Positions 17,778 through 27,620 of a stretch of DNA of 64,000 nt are shown here, in pieces. Below the pieces are notes generated by a model, which was not told the origin of the DNA, ran no database searches, and saw nothing but the letters and a program-made list of their open reading frames with translations. The stretch lies in contig CACOFZ010000002.1 in assembly GCA_902626605.1 (NCBI GenBank), forward strand, positions 89,586 to 153,585. Reading direction: 5' to 3'. The stretch is from an uncultured PS1 clade bacterium (lineage in GTDB: Bacteria > Pseudomonadota > Alphaproteobacteria > MED-G09). Within the stretch, counting starts at the first letter, position 1. Every line of letters begins with the position of its first letter. A program made the translations under genes and the position numbers.

Positions 17778-18888
17778 CTTTATCTACATCCAAAAACTCA
17801 GAACGTAAGTTATCTATTAGCTCATACTTACCTTTTCTCTCAACATGCCAAAAGGTCCAACCATTAGAAGATTCCTTGCCTTGTATTTTTGCACTCATTT
17901 GATGAATAGAGCCACTATCACCATTCATTAAAAGACTGCCATCAGCCCTAACAGTCGCCATAAATTTTTTTGATTTAAGATTTTTTGGTCCTCTTAAAAC
18001 TGATCCTGGTTTAATAAAACCGTTTTCAACCAAACTTCCAAAAGGTACTCTCTTTTGAGCTTTCTTTGAAACTGTTGTTAATAAAAATTCATCTTCAGTA
18101 GAAGTTATTTCTCTAATTCTTTTTTTTGCAGCATTTATATAAGAGACTTCTCTCTCAATACCGATAAAGTTTCTTCCTAATTTTTTAGCTACTGCACCAG
18201 TTGTTCCTGTACCAAAAAAAGGGTCGAGAACAATATCATTTTTTTTAGATGAGGAGAGTAAAACTCTATACAAAAGAGCTTCGGGCTTTTGAGTTGAATG
18301 AATTTTATTTCCATGTATATCTTTTAATCTTTCATTGCCTGAACAAATTGGAATATGCCAATCTGAGCGCATTTGAATTCCTTCATTCAATGATTTCATA
18401 GCATGATAATTAAAATTATATTTACTATCATGATTTTTTGATGCCCATATTATTGTTTCGTGGGCATTGGTAAATCGTGTTCCTTTAAAATTAGGCATAG
18501 GGTTAGATTTGTGCCAAATAATATCATTAAGTATCCAATAGCCAAGATTTTGCATAACATTACCAACTCGAAAAATATTATGGTATGAGCCAATGACCCA
18601 TATTGTTCCCTCTGGTTTAAGTATCCTCTGAGCTTCAGCCATCCACTCTTTTGTAAATTGATCGTATTCTTTAAAACTTTCAAACATATCCCAGTCTTCA
18701 GTTACACCATTAACTTTTGATGAGTCTGGTCTAGATAATTCATTCTTCAACTGAAGATTGTATGGAGGATCAGCAAATATGATATCTATTGAATTATTGG
18801 GTAAAGACATCATAATATCTATACAATTTCCATTGATAATCTTATTCAGAGGTAGTTTAATTTTTTTATCCATAAATTTTTTTGACAT
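17764..18888 (-). CDS. ccrM: Site-specific DNA adenine-N6 methyltransferase, CcrM-like (beta-class, DPPY), with C-terminal DNA-binding extension
   Basis: NGNCIDIMMSLPNNSIDIIFADPPYNL matches the CcrM N-terminus (IIHGDCIEQM...DLIFADPPYNL). SAM motif DPFFGTGTTGAVA. About 80-aa C-terminal extension as in CcrM. Track ORF starts at GTG 18918; ATG 18888 preferred. No adjacent restriction endonuclease, so an orphan methyltransferase. Confidence 0.8.
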   Translation of the reverse strand: MSKKFMDKKIKLPLNKIINGNCIDIMMSLPNNSIDIIFADPPYNLQLKNELSRPDSSKVNGVTEDWDMFESFKEYDQFTKEWMAEAQRILKPEGTIWVIGSYHNIFRVGNVMQNLGYWILNDIIWHKSNPMPNFKGTRFTNAHETIIWASKNHDSKYNFNYHAMKSLNEGIQMRSDWHIPICSGNERLKDIHGNKIHSTQKPEALLYRVLLSSSKKNDIVLDPFFGTGTTGAVAKKLGRNFIGIEREVSYINAAKKRIREITSTEDEFLLTTVSKKAQKRVPFGSLVENGFIKPGSVLRGPKNLKSKKFMATVRADGSLLMNGDSGSIHQMSAKIQGKESSNGWTFWHVERKGKYELIDNLRSEFLDVDKANNN

Positions 18889-18974
18889 TATAAAAGTATC
18901 CTCATCTTGAGGAGTCACAACGTCAATAAGTTTTTAAAGATTTATTTTTTATACAAAATATAGAGTCTCGCAGA

Positions 18975-19580
18975 CTAATCTAACCCCAACATCTTGTTAA
19001 TGGGTGAAAATGACTTTCTGTGATATTTACATGGTCCATAAATTTGAAGAGCATTACGATGCTCTTTAGTTCCATAACCTTTATTCTTCTTCCAATTATA
19101 ATTTGGAAATTCCTTATCAATTTTTGACATCAAATTATCTCTAGTAACTTTTGCAATAATTGATGCTGCCGCTATGGAAAGAGAAATACTATCACCCTTA
19201 ACTATACATTCTGTATGATGATCAAAGCCTGGATTTGAATTGCCATCAACTAAAACAATATCTACCGAACAATCTAAATTATTTAATGCCCTTTTCATAG
19301 AAAGGAATGTCGCTTGTAAAATATTCAAACTATCAATTTCCTCAATGCTTGAAATACCCACCCCTACAAAATGAGAATCATAAATTGACGAATAAAGTGA
19401 TTTTTTTCTTTTCTCAGAAACTTTTTTTGAATCATCTAGATCACTTGGAATATTCTTTTTATCTAAAACTACAGCTGCTGAAACAACTGGACCAGCCCAA
19501 GGACCTCTCCCAGCCTCATCTACTCCTACAATAGATTTGTATGGCCAACCAAAATCTTTCTCAATTGAGAGATTTGGCAC
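18975..19580 (-). CDS. rnhB: Ribonuclease HII
   Basis: GVDEAGRGPWAGPVVSAAVVL catalytic motif; 200-211 aa. Track ORF begins at GTG 19610 inside gcvPB. An in-frame GTG at 19580-19578 overlaps the gcvPB TAG stop by 1 nt (TAGTG) and leaves a typical 19 residues before GVDEAGRG. Confidence 0.85.
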   Translation of the reverse strand: MPNLSIEKDFGWPYKSIVGVDEAGRGPWAGPVVSAAVVLDKKNIPSDLDDSKKVSEKRKKSLYSSIYDSHFVGVGISSIEEIDSLNILQATFLSMKRALNNLDCSVDIVLVDGNSNPGFDHHTECIVKGDSISLSIAAASIIAKVTRDNLMSKIDKEFPNYNWKKNKGYGTKEHRNALQIYGPCKYHRKSFSPINKMLGLD

Positions 19581-21070
19581 TAAATTGCTATAAGCGGCTC
19601 TTCTTTCCACCTTAAAACCGGCTTTCTTGCAGCCTGTGTCTCGTCTAATCTTCTTATTGGAGTAAATACAGGCGCCGCTTTAAATGAGTCAGAGTCTTTT
19701 TTTAATCTCTCAACCAAATCACACAATGTTTTAATAAAATGATCTAATGATTGTTTGGATTCAGTTTCTGTTGGTTCAACCAATAGGGCTCCATGAATAA
19801 CCAAAGGAAAATATATTGTCATAGGATGATAACCTTCATCAATCATAGCTTTTGCAAAGTCTAGCGTTTCTACCCCTGTATCTTTGAGAAAATCGTCACT
19901 GAACAATATTTCATGCATACAAAATCCATCAAATGCGGGTGTTAAATGTGAGCTAAGAGAAGCTCTTAAATAATTCGCGTTTAAAACAGCATCCTCAGAA
20001 ACTTGTCTTAATCCATCAGCGCCATGACTTAGCATATAAGACATTGCTCTTACAAACATACCCATTTGGCCATGAAATACATTTAATCTTCCAAAAGACT
20101 TTTTAAGATCTTTTTCGTTTGAGTCTTCTACTAAAATAAAATCACCTTTTATATTTTTAACTAATGGGGTTGGACAAAATTTTTCTAACCTATTAGAAAA
20201 AACTACAGGACCAGAGCCTGGTCCTCCACCCCCATGAGGTGTTGAAAAAGTTTTATGCAGATTGATATGCATTGCATCAATTCCAAGGTCACCTGGTTTT
20301 AATTTGCCAACAACAGCATTAAAATTTGCTCCATCACAGTATAAATAACCACCTGATTTATGTGTTAATTCTGAAATTTTAACAATGTCAGTTTCGAATA
20401 ATCCACAGGTATTTGGATTGGTAATCATTACGCCAGCAAAATTTTCATCAATATTATTCTTAAAATCACTAAAATCTATAAGGCCCTTTTCATTTGATTT
20501 TATTGTCTTAACTTCAAATCCTAAAAAGGCAGCGGTAGCAGGATTAGTTCCATGCGCCGAGTCAGGAACCAAAACAACTTTTCTATTTAGCTCATTTCTA
20601 TCTAATAAAGCTTGCTTGATAGCCATCATCCCACATAATTCTCCTTGAGCGCCAGCTTTAGGTGTCATCGTTACAGCAGTCATTCCTGTTAGCTCCTTCA
20701 ACCATGATGAAATTAAATTAATTAATTCTAAAGCGCCTTGGCATGTAGATATTGGTTGCAATGGATGAATTTCAGAAAAACCTTCAAGTCTAGCCATCTT
20801 TTCATTAAGCCTAGGGTTATGCTTCATTGTACATGAGCCTAAAGGATACAAGCCTGCATCAATCGAATAGTTTTTTCTTGAAAGCCTAACATAATGCCTA
20901 ATAGTTTCTGGCTCACTTAAACCTACCAAACCTATCTCATTATCAGAAAAACTATCACCAATCATATGACTTAAATTATCTAGTTCAGCTAAATCAACAC
21001 CTGTTTTATCTATGTTTCCAACCTCAAAAAGAAGTTGCTCATCATGATCAAGACCTTTATTTTTATTCAT
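19580..21070 (-). CDS. gcvPB: Glycine dehydrogenase (decarboxylating) subunit 2 (P-protein C-terminal half)
   Basis: 496 aa with the PLP-lysine region (NLHKTFSTPHGGGGPG). Follows gcvPA with an ATGAATAA overlap. Confidence 0.92.
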   Translation of the reverse strand: MNKNKGLDHDEQLLFEVGNIDKTGVDLAELDNLSHMIGDSFSDNEIGLVGLSEPETIRHYVRLSRKNYSIDAGLYPLGSCTMKHNPRLNEKMARLEGFSEIHPLQPISTCQGALELINLISSWLKELTGMTAVTMTPKAGAQGELCGMMAIKQALLDRNELNRKVVLVPDSAHGTNPATAAFLGFEVKTIKSNEKGLIDFSDFKNNIDENFAGVMITNPNTCGLFETDIVKISELTHKSGGYLYCDGANFNAVVGKLKPGDLGIDAMHINLHKTFSTPHGGGGPGSGPVVFSNRLEKFCPTPLVKNIKGDFILVEDSNEKDLKKSFGRLNVFHGQMGMFVRAMSYMLSHGADGLRQVSEDAVLNANYLRASLSSHLTPAFDGFCMHEILFSDDFLKDTGVETLDFAKAMIDEGYHPMTIYFPLVIHGALLVEPTETESKQSLDHFIKTLCDLVERLKKDSDSFKAAPVFTPIRRLDETQAARKPVLRWKEEPLIAI

Positions 21071-22427
21071 AACAAACCTCCTTAGCTAATTTAATAAAAT
21101 CATCTCTATCAAAATCTGAGTTAATTTCTGAAGAAGCAACAAGTAATAGATTTGAAAAATCGCCCTCTTGGTTTGATAGCCTAGATACAGGAACTCCCGC
21201 TAAAATTCCTTTTTCAGCCATTTTTTCAACAAAGACTGATGCATCAATAGGAAGCTTAACGGTAAACTCATTAAAGAAAGAATTATTTTTGACTTCAAAA
21301 CCATCTAAAGTTTTTAATTTATTGTAGAGTTTAATAGCTGCTTCGTGGTTTAATTTAGATAACTTCTTAAAGCCCATTTCTCCTAACAAACTTAAATGGA
21401 TTGTAAAAGCTAAGCTACATAAACCAGAATTAGTACAAATGTTTGATGTAGCTTTTTCTCTTCGAATATGTTGTTCCCTTGTAGCTAGAGTTAAAACAAA
21501 ACCTTTTTCTCCATTCATATCTTTTGTTTCGCCAACTATTCTTCCTGGAAGCTGTCTAACATATTTGTCTTTGGTCGACATTAAGCCAATATATGGACCA
21601 CCAAAATTGAGTGGATTTCCTAGAGATTGACCCTCGCATGCAACAATATCAGCACCCATCTCTCCAGGGCTTTTCATCATTCCAAGCGATATAATTTCAT
21701 TAACAACCACAATTAAAAGAGCTCCCTTAGAGTGAGTATACTCTGCTAATTGCTCTAGAGAATGACAAGAACCAAAGAAATCAGGATTTTGAACAACTAC
21801 ACAGGAAACACTATCGTCAATTTTAGAAATTAATTTTTCAACTTCAAAATTTTCTGAAAACTCATAATCAATCTCATCTTCATTAGAGCTAATTAATGTA
21901 TTAATTACTTCTGCATATTGAGGATGTAGTGTTGGAGATATAACTACCTTATTTCTTTTAGTAATTCTTTTTGCCATTGATACTGCTTCTGCTGTTGAAG
22001 TAGATCCGTCATACATAGATGCATTAGAAACATCCATTCCTGTAATAAGAGAGACCTGGGTTTGAAATTCAAAGAGATATTGAAGAGTGCCTTGAGAGAT
22101 CTCAGGTTGATAAGGGGTATAAGATGTCAGGAATTCAGAACGCTGAATTATATGATCAACAGTAGCGGGAATATGATGCTTATAAGCTCCTGCTCCTAAA
22201 AAAAATGGTACTTCATTGGAGTTAATATTTTTATTGGCAATCTCAGATAAAATTTTTCCTACTTCCATTTCAGTTTTATGGCTTGGTAAATTAAATTTTG
22301 GATCCAATGAAACTTCTTTTGGAACATTGGTAAACATTTCATTAATGTCACTTATACCAATGACCTTTTTCATATTCTCTCTGTCATTATTTGTTAAGGG
22401 TAAATATCTCATTTCTTTATACTCCAA
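21063..22427 (-). CDS. gcvPA: Glycine dehydrogenase (decarboxylating) subunit 1 (P-protein N-terminal half)
   Basis: 454 aa with typical GcvPA start MRYLPLT(N)NDRENM and conserved core. Overlaps gcvH by 11 nt. Confidence 0.92.
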   Translation of the reverse strand: MEYKEMRYLPLTNNDRENMKKVIGISDINEMFTNVPKEVSLDPKFNLPSHKTEMEVGKILSEIANKNINSNEVPFFLGAGAYKHHIPATVDHIIQRSEFLTSYTPYQPEISQGTLQYLFEFQTQVSLITGMDVSNASMYDGSTSTAEAVSMAKRITKRNKVVISPTLHPQYAEVINTLISSNEDEIDYEFSENFEVEKLISKIDDSVSCVVVQNPDFFGSCHSLEQLAEYTHSKGALLIVVVNEIISLGMMKSPGEMGADIVACEGQSLGNPLNFGGPYIGLMSTKDKYVRQLPGRIVGETKDMNGEKGFVLTLATREQHIRREKATSNICTNSGLCSLAFTIHLSLLGEMGFKKLSKLNHEAAIKLYNKLKTLDGFEVKNNSFFNEFTVKLPIDASVFVEKMAEKGILAGVPVSRLSNQEGDFSNLLLVASSEINSDFDRDDFIKLAKEVCYE

Positions 22428-22788
22428 TTAATTTCTTGTATTCTTCTTCACTCATTAAATTTTTAAGCTCATCTTTGTTCTTTATAGTTATTTTATATAA
22501 CCACCCTCTTTCTTGAGGATCTTCATTAATAATTTCAGGTTTTTCTTCCAATGATGAATTAGTTTCAAAAATTTCTCCAGAAGCAGGAGAATAGATTTCA
22601 CTTGCCGCTTTGACGGACTCAATTACCGCAACATCTTTTCCTTGATCAAAAGAATTACCTTTTTCTGGTAATTCAACGAAAACAATATCTCCTAATTGTT
22701 CGCTTGCATAAGATGTAATTCCAACAACACCCTCATCGCCATTAACTTTTATCCATTCATGATCTTTTGTATAAAAAATATCTGTCAT
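22417..22788 (-). CDS. gcvH: Glycine cleavage system H protein
   Basis: 123 aa. Lipoyl-lysine motif ESVKAAS (K in VKAASE) and the GcvH fold. Confidence 0.92.
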   Translation of the reverse strand: MTDIFYTKDHEWIKVNGDEGVVGITSYASEQLGDIVFVELPEKGNSFDQGKDVAVIESVKAASEIYSPASGEIFETNSSLEEKPEIINEDPQERGWLYKITIKNKDELKNLMSEEEYKKLIGV

Positions 22789-23919
22789 TCACTTTTTCCT
22801 TTTAAAATAATTATGAGGAACAAAAGGCAGCTTTATAATATCTGCTGGTATTTTTTTTCCACGAATATTTAAAAAAACTTCTTTTTCATTTCTAAAAGAA
22901 GAAGTTATATAACCCATAGATATTGGTACTCCTAAAGAAGGAGAAAAACCTCCACTTGTTACCTCACCAATTAACTTATTACTAGCATCGTATATTAGAG
23001 TACCCTCTCTAGCAGGAGCCCTTCCTTTAGGAAGAAAACCTAATAAATTTTTTTTAGGTCCTTCTATATATTCATTTGCAATAGCTTCGCCGCCAATAAA
23101 ATCTTGCTTATCAACTCTATCCTTACATATCGACCATTTTAGGCCAGCCTCGATAGGATTTTTTTCTATATTTATATCGTGTCCATATAAACAAAGACCC
23201 GCTTCCAATCTGAGCGAATCTCTTGCTCCAAGCCCTGCTAATTTAACATCGTTATTTTTTAAAAGCTCTTCAGTAAATGTAACAACGTGCTTATTAGGTA
23301 TAGAGATTTCAAAACCATCCTCTCCAGTATAACCGCATCTTGATATTAAGATTTCATAATTTTTATACCTAAACCAAATACTAGACATAAATTCCATCCC
23401 TTTAATTTTAGGAATTAAATCTACTAATATTTTTTCTGATTTTGGACCTTGTAAAGCTATTAATGAAAGATCATTTCTAACGTTAATATTAAATTTTTTG
23501 TTTAAATTATCTCTTAGATGATTAATATCTTTTTGTTTACAAGCAGCATTCACAACAAGCCAAACGCTATTTTCATCTCTAGTTTTATGAACCATTAAAT
23601 CATCTATTATTTTTCCTTCATGGTTTAAAAATTGAGTATATTTTATTTTTCCTGGAGCTAGCTTAGAAAAAGATATCGGAAGAATTTTTTCAAGCGCTTC
23701 CATAACAAAAGGACCATTTATTTCAATTTGCCCCATATGAGAAACATCAAATATGCTTGCTTTTGATCTAGTATGATTATGCTCAGCAATAATTCCTGAA
23801 GAATAATTTATAGGAAGATAGTAACCTCCGAATGGAACTATTTTAGCATTATTTTTGTTATGAAAATCAAAAAGAGAGGTTTTCTCAATAGAAATATTTT
23901 CATTTATTAATTCAGACAT
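22789..23919 (-). CDS. gcvT: Aminomethyltransferase (glycine cleavage system T protein)
   Basis: 376 aa GcvT fold (SLFDVSHMGQIEI, ISRCGYTGEDGFEISI). Immediately downstream of the glycine riboswitch. Confidence 0.92.
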   Translation of the reverse strand: MSELINENISIEKTSLFDFHNKNNAKIVPFGGYYLPINYSSGIIAEHNHTRSKASIFDVSHMGQIEINGPFVMEALEKILPISFSKLAPGKIKYTQFLNHEGKIIDDLMVHKTRDENSVWLVVNAACKQKDINHLRDNLNKKFNINVRNDLSLIALQGPKSEKILVDLIPKIKGMEFMSSIWFRYKNYEILISRCGYTGEDGFEISIPNKHVVTFTEELLKNNDVKLAGLGARDSLRLEAGLCLYGHDINIEKNPIEAGLKWSICKDRVDKQDFIGGEAIANEYIEGPKKNLLGFLPKGRAPAREGTLIYDASNKLIGEVTSGGFSPSLGVPISMGYITSSFRNEKEVFLNIRGKKIPADIIKLPFVPHNYFKRKK

Positions 23920-23939
23920 GTAGACTCCTTGACAGAAAT

Positions 23940-24126
23940 AAGGCTTTTAAGCCTGCCCTCCTCTGTCGTTGGAACCTGAGAGATTTCGTATAATTAAATA
24001 CTTACCCCGTGGGTGAAATCAGATGATTTTCTTTCCAGAGTTAAATATTTCTGCGGTCCTTTTGCCTGAGAGTTTCCGAGGGCGGTTGCTCCTTCGGCGC
24101 TAAACTAAGTCTCTCCCGCAGAGACA
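23940..24126 (-). promoter_or_regulatory. Tandem glycine riboswitch (two aptamers plus expression-platform hairpin) in the gcvT leader
   Basis: Minus strand read directly. Aptamer 1: CUCUGCGGGAGAGAC...GCGCCGAAGGAGCAACCGCCC...ACUCUCAGGCAAAAGGACCGCAGA. Aptamer 2: CUCUGGAAAG...CACCCACGGGGUAAG...UCUCUCAGGUUCCAACGACAGAGGAGGG. Both fit the glycine aptamer consensus (CUCUGGAGAG / ACCGAAGGGGCAA / CUCUCAGGCAAAAGGACAG). The hairpin AGGCUUAAAAGCCU plus U-rich tail precedes the SD AAGGAG and the ATG at 23919. Confidence 0.9.
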
Positions 24127-24167
24127 TTTTTATATTATATTGATTCTTTACAATGTCATTTTTTATA

Positions 24168-24620
24168 TTATTTTTGGATACCAATCAATACTTTGTATGA
24201 AGATCCTGTTCTTCCTTCCAAAATATCTGACCTTAGATTTTCTATCGCGATGCTGAAAGAGGTTATTTTTCTATTTTTAACTTTTACAATATTATTTTTT
24301 GACCACTTATCAATCACAACATCGTTAGGTCCAATAAAAGCAATAAATAAAGGAATTTGTATTGTATCAACTGATAATTGATCTTGATTAATAATATCGC
24401 CAATAACCCCCACATTAAAATCTATTTTTTTTCTTTTAACATTATAGTCGCAAATCATTACAGTTCTATTCAACTCTATATTTAAACCATTAAACATGCT
24501 TGTTTCTGACCCAGACATTATAGCTGCTCTCGGACATGCCCCCGGATCAAACTCAAAATCTGAAGAGCTACACGATGAAATTAAAGCAACAACAAATATT
24601 GTATAGATAAATTTTATCAT
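24168..24620 (-). CDS. Hypothetical lipoprotein (lipobox LISSC, signal peptide)
   Basis: 150 aa, MIKFIYTIFVVALISSC|SSS. No recognisable enzymatic motif. Co-oriented with and immediately upstream of the glycine riboswitch. Confidence 0.55.
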   Translation of the reverse strand: MIKFIYTIFVVALISSCSSSDFEFDPGACPRAAIMSGSETSMFNGLNIELNRTVMICDYNVKRKKIDFNVGVIGDIINQDQLSVDTIQIPLFIAFIGPNDVVIDKWSKNNIVKVKNRKITSFSIAIENLRSDILEGRTGSSYKVLIGIQK

Positions 24621-24707
24621 AATTAACTTTTCCCAAACCTATTAACAAACTATAAAGAAAACGTTTATATTTAATTAATATGTACCGTAGTTGATCATAG
24701 CTATAAA

Positions 24708-25655
24708 ATGAATAAAAAAATTGAAAAAATATTATATTTACCTAACCCAAGAGGCTTTTGCGCGGGAGTAGAGAGAGCTATAAATATTGTTGAACTAAGC
24801 TTAGAAAAATATGGGCCACCAATTTATGTAAGACATGAAATTGTTCATAATCCCTGGGTAGTAAAAGATCTTGAAAAAAAAGGAGTGATTTTTGTTAATG
24901 AATTAAGTGATATCCCAGATGGAGAAAGAGTAATTTTTTCTGCTCATGGTGTTTCATCAGAGGTAAAAAGCGAAGCAAACAGTAAAAAAATGGATTTTAC
25001 TGATGCAACATGCCCTTTGGTATTAAAAGTTCATTTTGAAGCTAAAAGACATTTTGATAATGGTCTACATATCTTTTTAATTGGTCATAAAGGTCATCCA
25101 GAGGTTGATGGAACAATGGGCCAAATACCGAAAAACTCGATTACTCTTTTAGAAAACGAAGACGACATTAACAAAATTAACGAGCGTAAATATGATAAAG
25201 TTGCCCTAATTACGCAAACAACACTATCTGTTGACGATACTGCAAGATTAATAAATTTATTAAAAAAGAAATTTCCAAACATTACTGAACCTCCTCGTGA
25301 AGATATTTGTTATGCAACAACAAATAGACAAATGGCTGTAAAAAGTATTGCAAAAAAATGTGATGCTATTTATGTGATGGGTGGAGAAAATTCTTCAAAT
25401 TCTCTTAGACTTGTTGAGGTTGCAAAAAAATCTGGGTGTAAAAATAATTTTCTGATTTCAGACATCAAATCTATTAATTGGGAAGAAATGGAAGAATTCA
25501 GTTCAATTGGTTTGACCGCAAGTGCGAGTGCACCAGAAATTTTAATTAATGAATTTTTAAAAATTATTAACGAAAAATTTAAAGTTAAAATAAAAACAAA
25601 TTCTATAGCTGATGAAAATATTACTTTTAAATTACCAAAAGAACTTAGGAAATAG
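24708..25655 (+). CDS. ispH: 4-hydroxy-3-methylbut-2-enyl diphosphate reductase IspH (LytB)
   Basis: 315 aa with conserved LytB motifs (GFCAGVERAI, HEIVHN, SAHGVS, TCPLV). Three Cys for the 4Fe-4S cluster. Confidence 0.9.
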   Translation: MNKKIEKILYLPNPRGFCAGVERAINIVELSLEKYGPPIYVRHEIVHNPWVVKDLEKKGVIFVNELSDIPDGERVIFSAHGVSSEVKSEANSKKMDFTDATCPLVLKVHFEAKRHFDNGLHIFLIGHKGHPEVDGTMGQIPKNSITLLENEDDINKINERKYDKVALITQTTLSVDDTARLINLLKKKFPNITEPPREDICYATTNRQMAVKSIAKKCDAIYVMGGENSSNSLRLVEVAKKSGCKNNFLISDIKSINWEEMEEFSSIGLTASASAPEILINEFLKIINEKFKVKIKTNSIADENITFKLPKELRK

Positions 25656-25658
25656 GCA

Positions 25659-26624
25659 ATGGGAGTATTTACACATATTTCCAAAGACAATTTAAACACA
25701 TTTCTAGAAGATTACAGCTTAAAAGAAATTCAATCATTTGAAGGTATTAATGAGGGTATACAAAATACTAATTATAAAATTAAAATTGACGCTAAAGATT
25801 TTATTTTAACAATTTATGAGAATATTAATAGCATTGATGATTTAGATTTTTTTTTAAGTTTAATGAATTATTTATCTTCAAAGGGCATTAAGTGTCCAAT
25901 ACCAATTAAAAATTTAAAGTCAAATTATGTAGGCGAGATTAAGTCTAAGCCCGCTTCTCTTTTAACTTTTTTAGATGGAAAATCCACCTTAAATATAAAA
26001 AAAAATCATACATTTGAAATTGGAAAAGTTCTTGCTGAAATGCATTTAAATACAAAAGATTTTCCTCTAAAAAAAACAAATGATTTATCAGTTGATGGTT
26101 GGGAAAAACTTCTAATTAAAAATAAAAATAAAATAGATAAATTTGAAAAGAATTTATACAAAAAAATTGAAGATAAAATAATTATTATAAGAAAAAAATG
26201 GCCCAAAAATCTTCCATCTGGAGTAATTCATGCAGATTTGTTTCCTGATAATGTTCTTTTTAAGGATGATAAAGTCTCAGGATTAATAGATTTTTATTTT
26301 TCTTGTACTGACTATTTTATATATGATCTTTGTATTTGCATAAATGCTTGGTGTTTTAATTATAGAAATGAGTTTCAAATAGATCTTTTTCAATATTTGC
26401 TCAAAGGCTACCAATCAATTAGAAAATTAGAAGAAGAAGAAATTAATGCAATTCCTCTTCTTTGCCATGCATCCTCATTACGTTTCTTACTGACTAGAAT
26501 TGATAATTGGAAAAACAAAAATGATCTTGATATTGTTAATTATCAAGACCCTATGGAATTTCTAAAAAGATTAGAGTTTCATGAATTAAATGAAAATTTA
26601 GGAATTTATAATTTAAATGAATAA
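25659..26624 (+). CDS. thrB: Homoserine kinase, APH-fold (Pseudomonas-type ThrB)
   Basis: 321 aa. Aminoglycoside-phosphotransferase-like fold with [11 protein letters not shown] catalytic loop and DF motif. Conserved ispH-thrB-rnhA neighbourhood as in other alphaproteobacteria. Confidence 0.7.
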   Translation: MGVFTHISKDNLNTFLEDYSLKEIQSFEGINEGIQNTNYKIKIDAKDFILTIYENINSIDDLDFFLSLMNYLSSKGIKCPIPIKNLKSNYVGEIKSKPASLLTFLDGKSTLNIKKNHTFEIGKVLAEMHLNTKDFPLKKTNDLSVDGWEKLLIKNKNKIDKFEKNLYKKIEDKIIIIRKKWPKNLPSGVIHADLFPDNVLFKDDKVSGLIDFYFSCTDYFIYDLCICINAWCFNYRNEFQIDLFQYLLKGYQSIRKLEEEEINAIPLLCHASSLRFLLTRIDNWKNKNDLDIVNYQDPMEFLKRLEFHELNENLGIYNLNE

Positions 26625-27051
26625 GGAAGTTATAGTCTATACTGATGGTGCATGCTCTGGTAACCCAGGGCCTGGTGGATGGGGTGCAACTATAAAAATA
26701 GGAGATGAAACTTTTGAAATTTTTGGGGGAGAAGATAATACTACTAACAACAGAATGGAATTAATTGCTGCTATAAAAGCACTAGAATACTTAAATGAAA
26801 ATCATAAAATAACTCTATATACGGACTCAAGTTATGTAAAAGATGGTATTACAAAGTGGATTTTTAATTGGAAGAAAAATAACTGGAAAACATCAGCTAA
26901 AAAGCCCGTGAAAAATAGTGATTTATGGATACAGCTTGATGAAATTCAGAATAAAAGAGAAGTTAAATGGAATTGGGTAAAGGGACACGCAGGAAATTTA
27001 GGAAACGAGCGAGCTGATGAGCTCGCTCGAATGGGTATAAAAGAAATATAA
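26617..27051 (+). CDS. rnhA: Ribonuclease HI
   Basis: 144 aa with [46 protein letters not shown] (DEDD catalytic residues). 8-nt overlap with thrB. Confidence 0.9.
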   Translation: MNKEVIVYTDGACSGNPGPGGWGATIKIGDETFEIFGGEDNTTNNRMELIAAIKALEYLNENHKITLYTDSSYVKDGITKWIFNWKKNNWKTSAKKPVKNSDLWIQLDEIQNKREVKWNWVKGHAGNLGNERADELARMGIKEI

Positions 27052-27056
27052 AATTC

Positions 27057-27539
27057 CTAAAGTTGGTTTAAAATAGTTTCAGCACTTGACTCTGATATTT
27101 CACCAGGATTAGACTCTAAGTTTAATTTTGAAATAATATTATTATCAATTATCATTGAATATCTCAAAGATCTTGAGCCTAAGCCAAAACCTGATCCATC
27201 CATAGTTAATCCAGTTGCTTCAGTAAAATCACCATTACCATCACCAAGCATTAGTATCTTCTCAGCGCCCCTATCTTTTCCCCAAGCATCCATTACAAAA
27301 GCATCATTAACCGATAAACAGACTATTTGATCAGCACCTTTATCTAGAATTTCTTGTGAATTAGTTACAAAACCAGGTAAATGTTGCATTGAACAACCTG
27401 GGGTAAATGCTCCAGGAACAGCAAATAGAACTGTTTTTTTTCCTCCAAACAACTCACTTGAAGTAATTGGTGTTGGTCCCTTTTCAGTCATATGGTGTAA
27501 GGTAACCTCTGGTAATGTATCGCCTTCTTTAATAGTCAT
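27057..27539 (-). CDS. Peroxiredoxin, Prx5-like (AhpC/TSA family)
   Basis: 160 aa with peroxidatic Cys motif PGAFTPGCS. Confidence 0.8.
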   Translation of the reverse strand: MTIKEGDTLPEVTLHHMTEKGPTPITSSELFGGKKTVLFAVPGAFTPGCSMQHLPGFVTNSQEILDKGADQIVCLSVNDAFVMDAWGKDRGAEKILMLGDGNGDFTEATGLTMDGSGFGLGSRSLRYSMIIDNNIISKLNLESNPGEISESSAETILNQL

Positions 27540-27620
27540 GTTAGTCTCCCAATATAAATTTTAATAGAGAGTAATTATAATAATTTATTTGAAAAAGAGA
27601 AATTATTTAATTTTAAAAAA

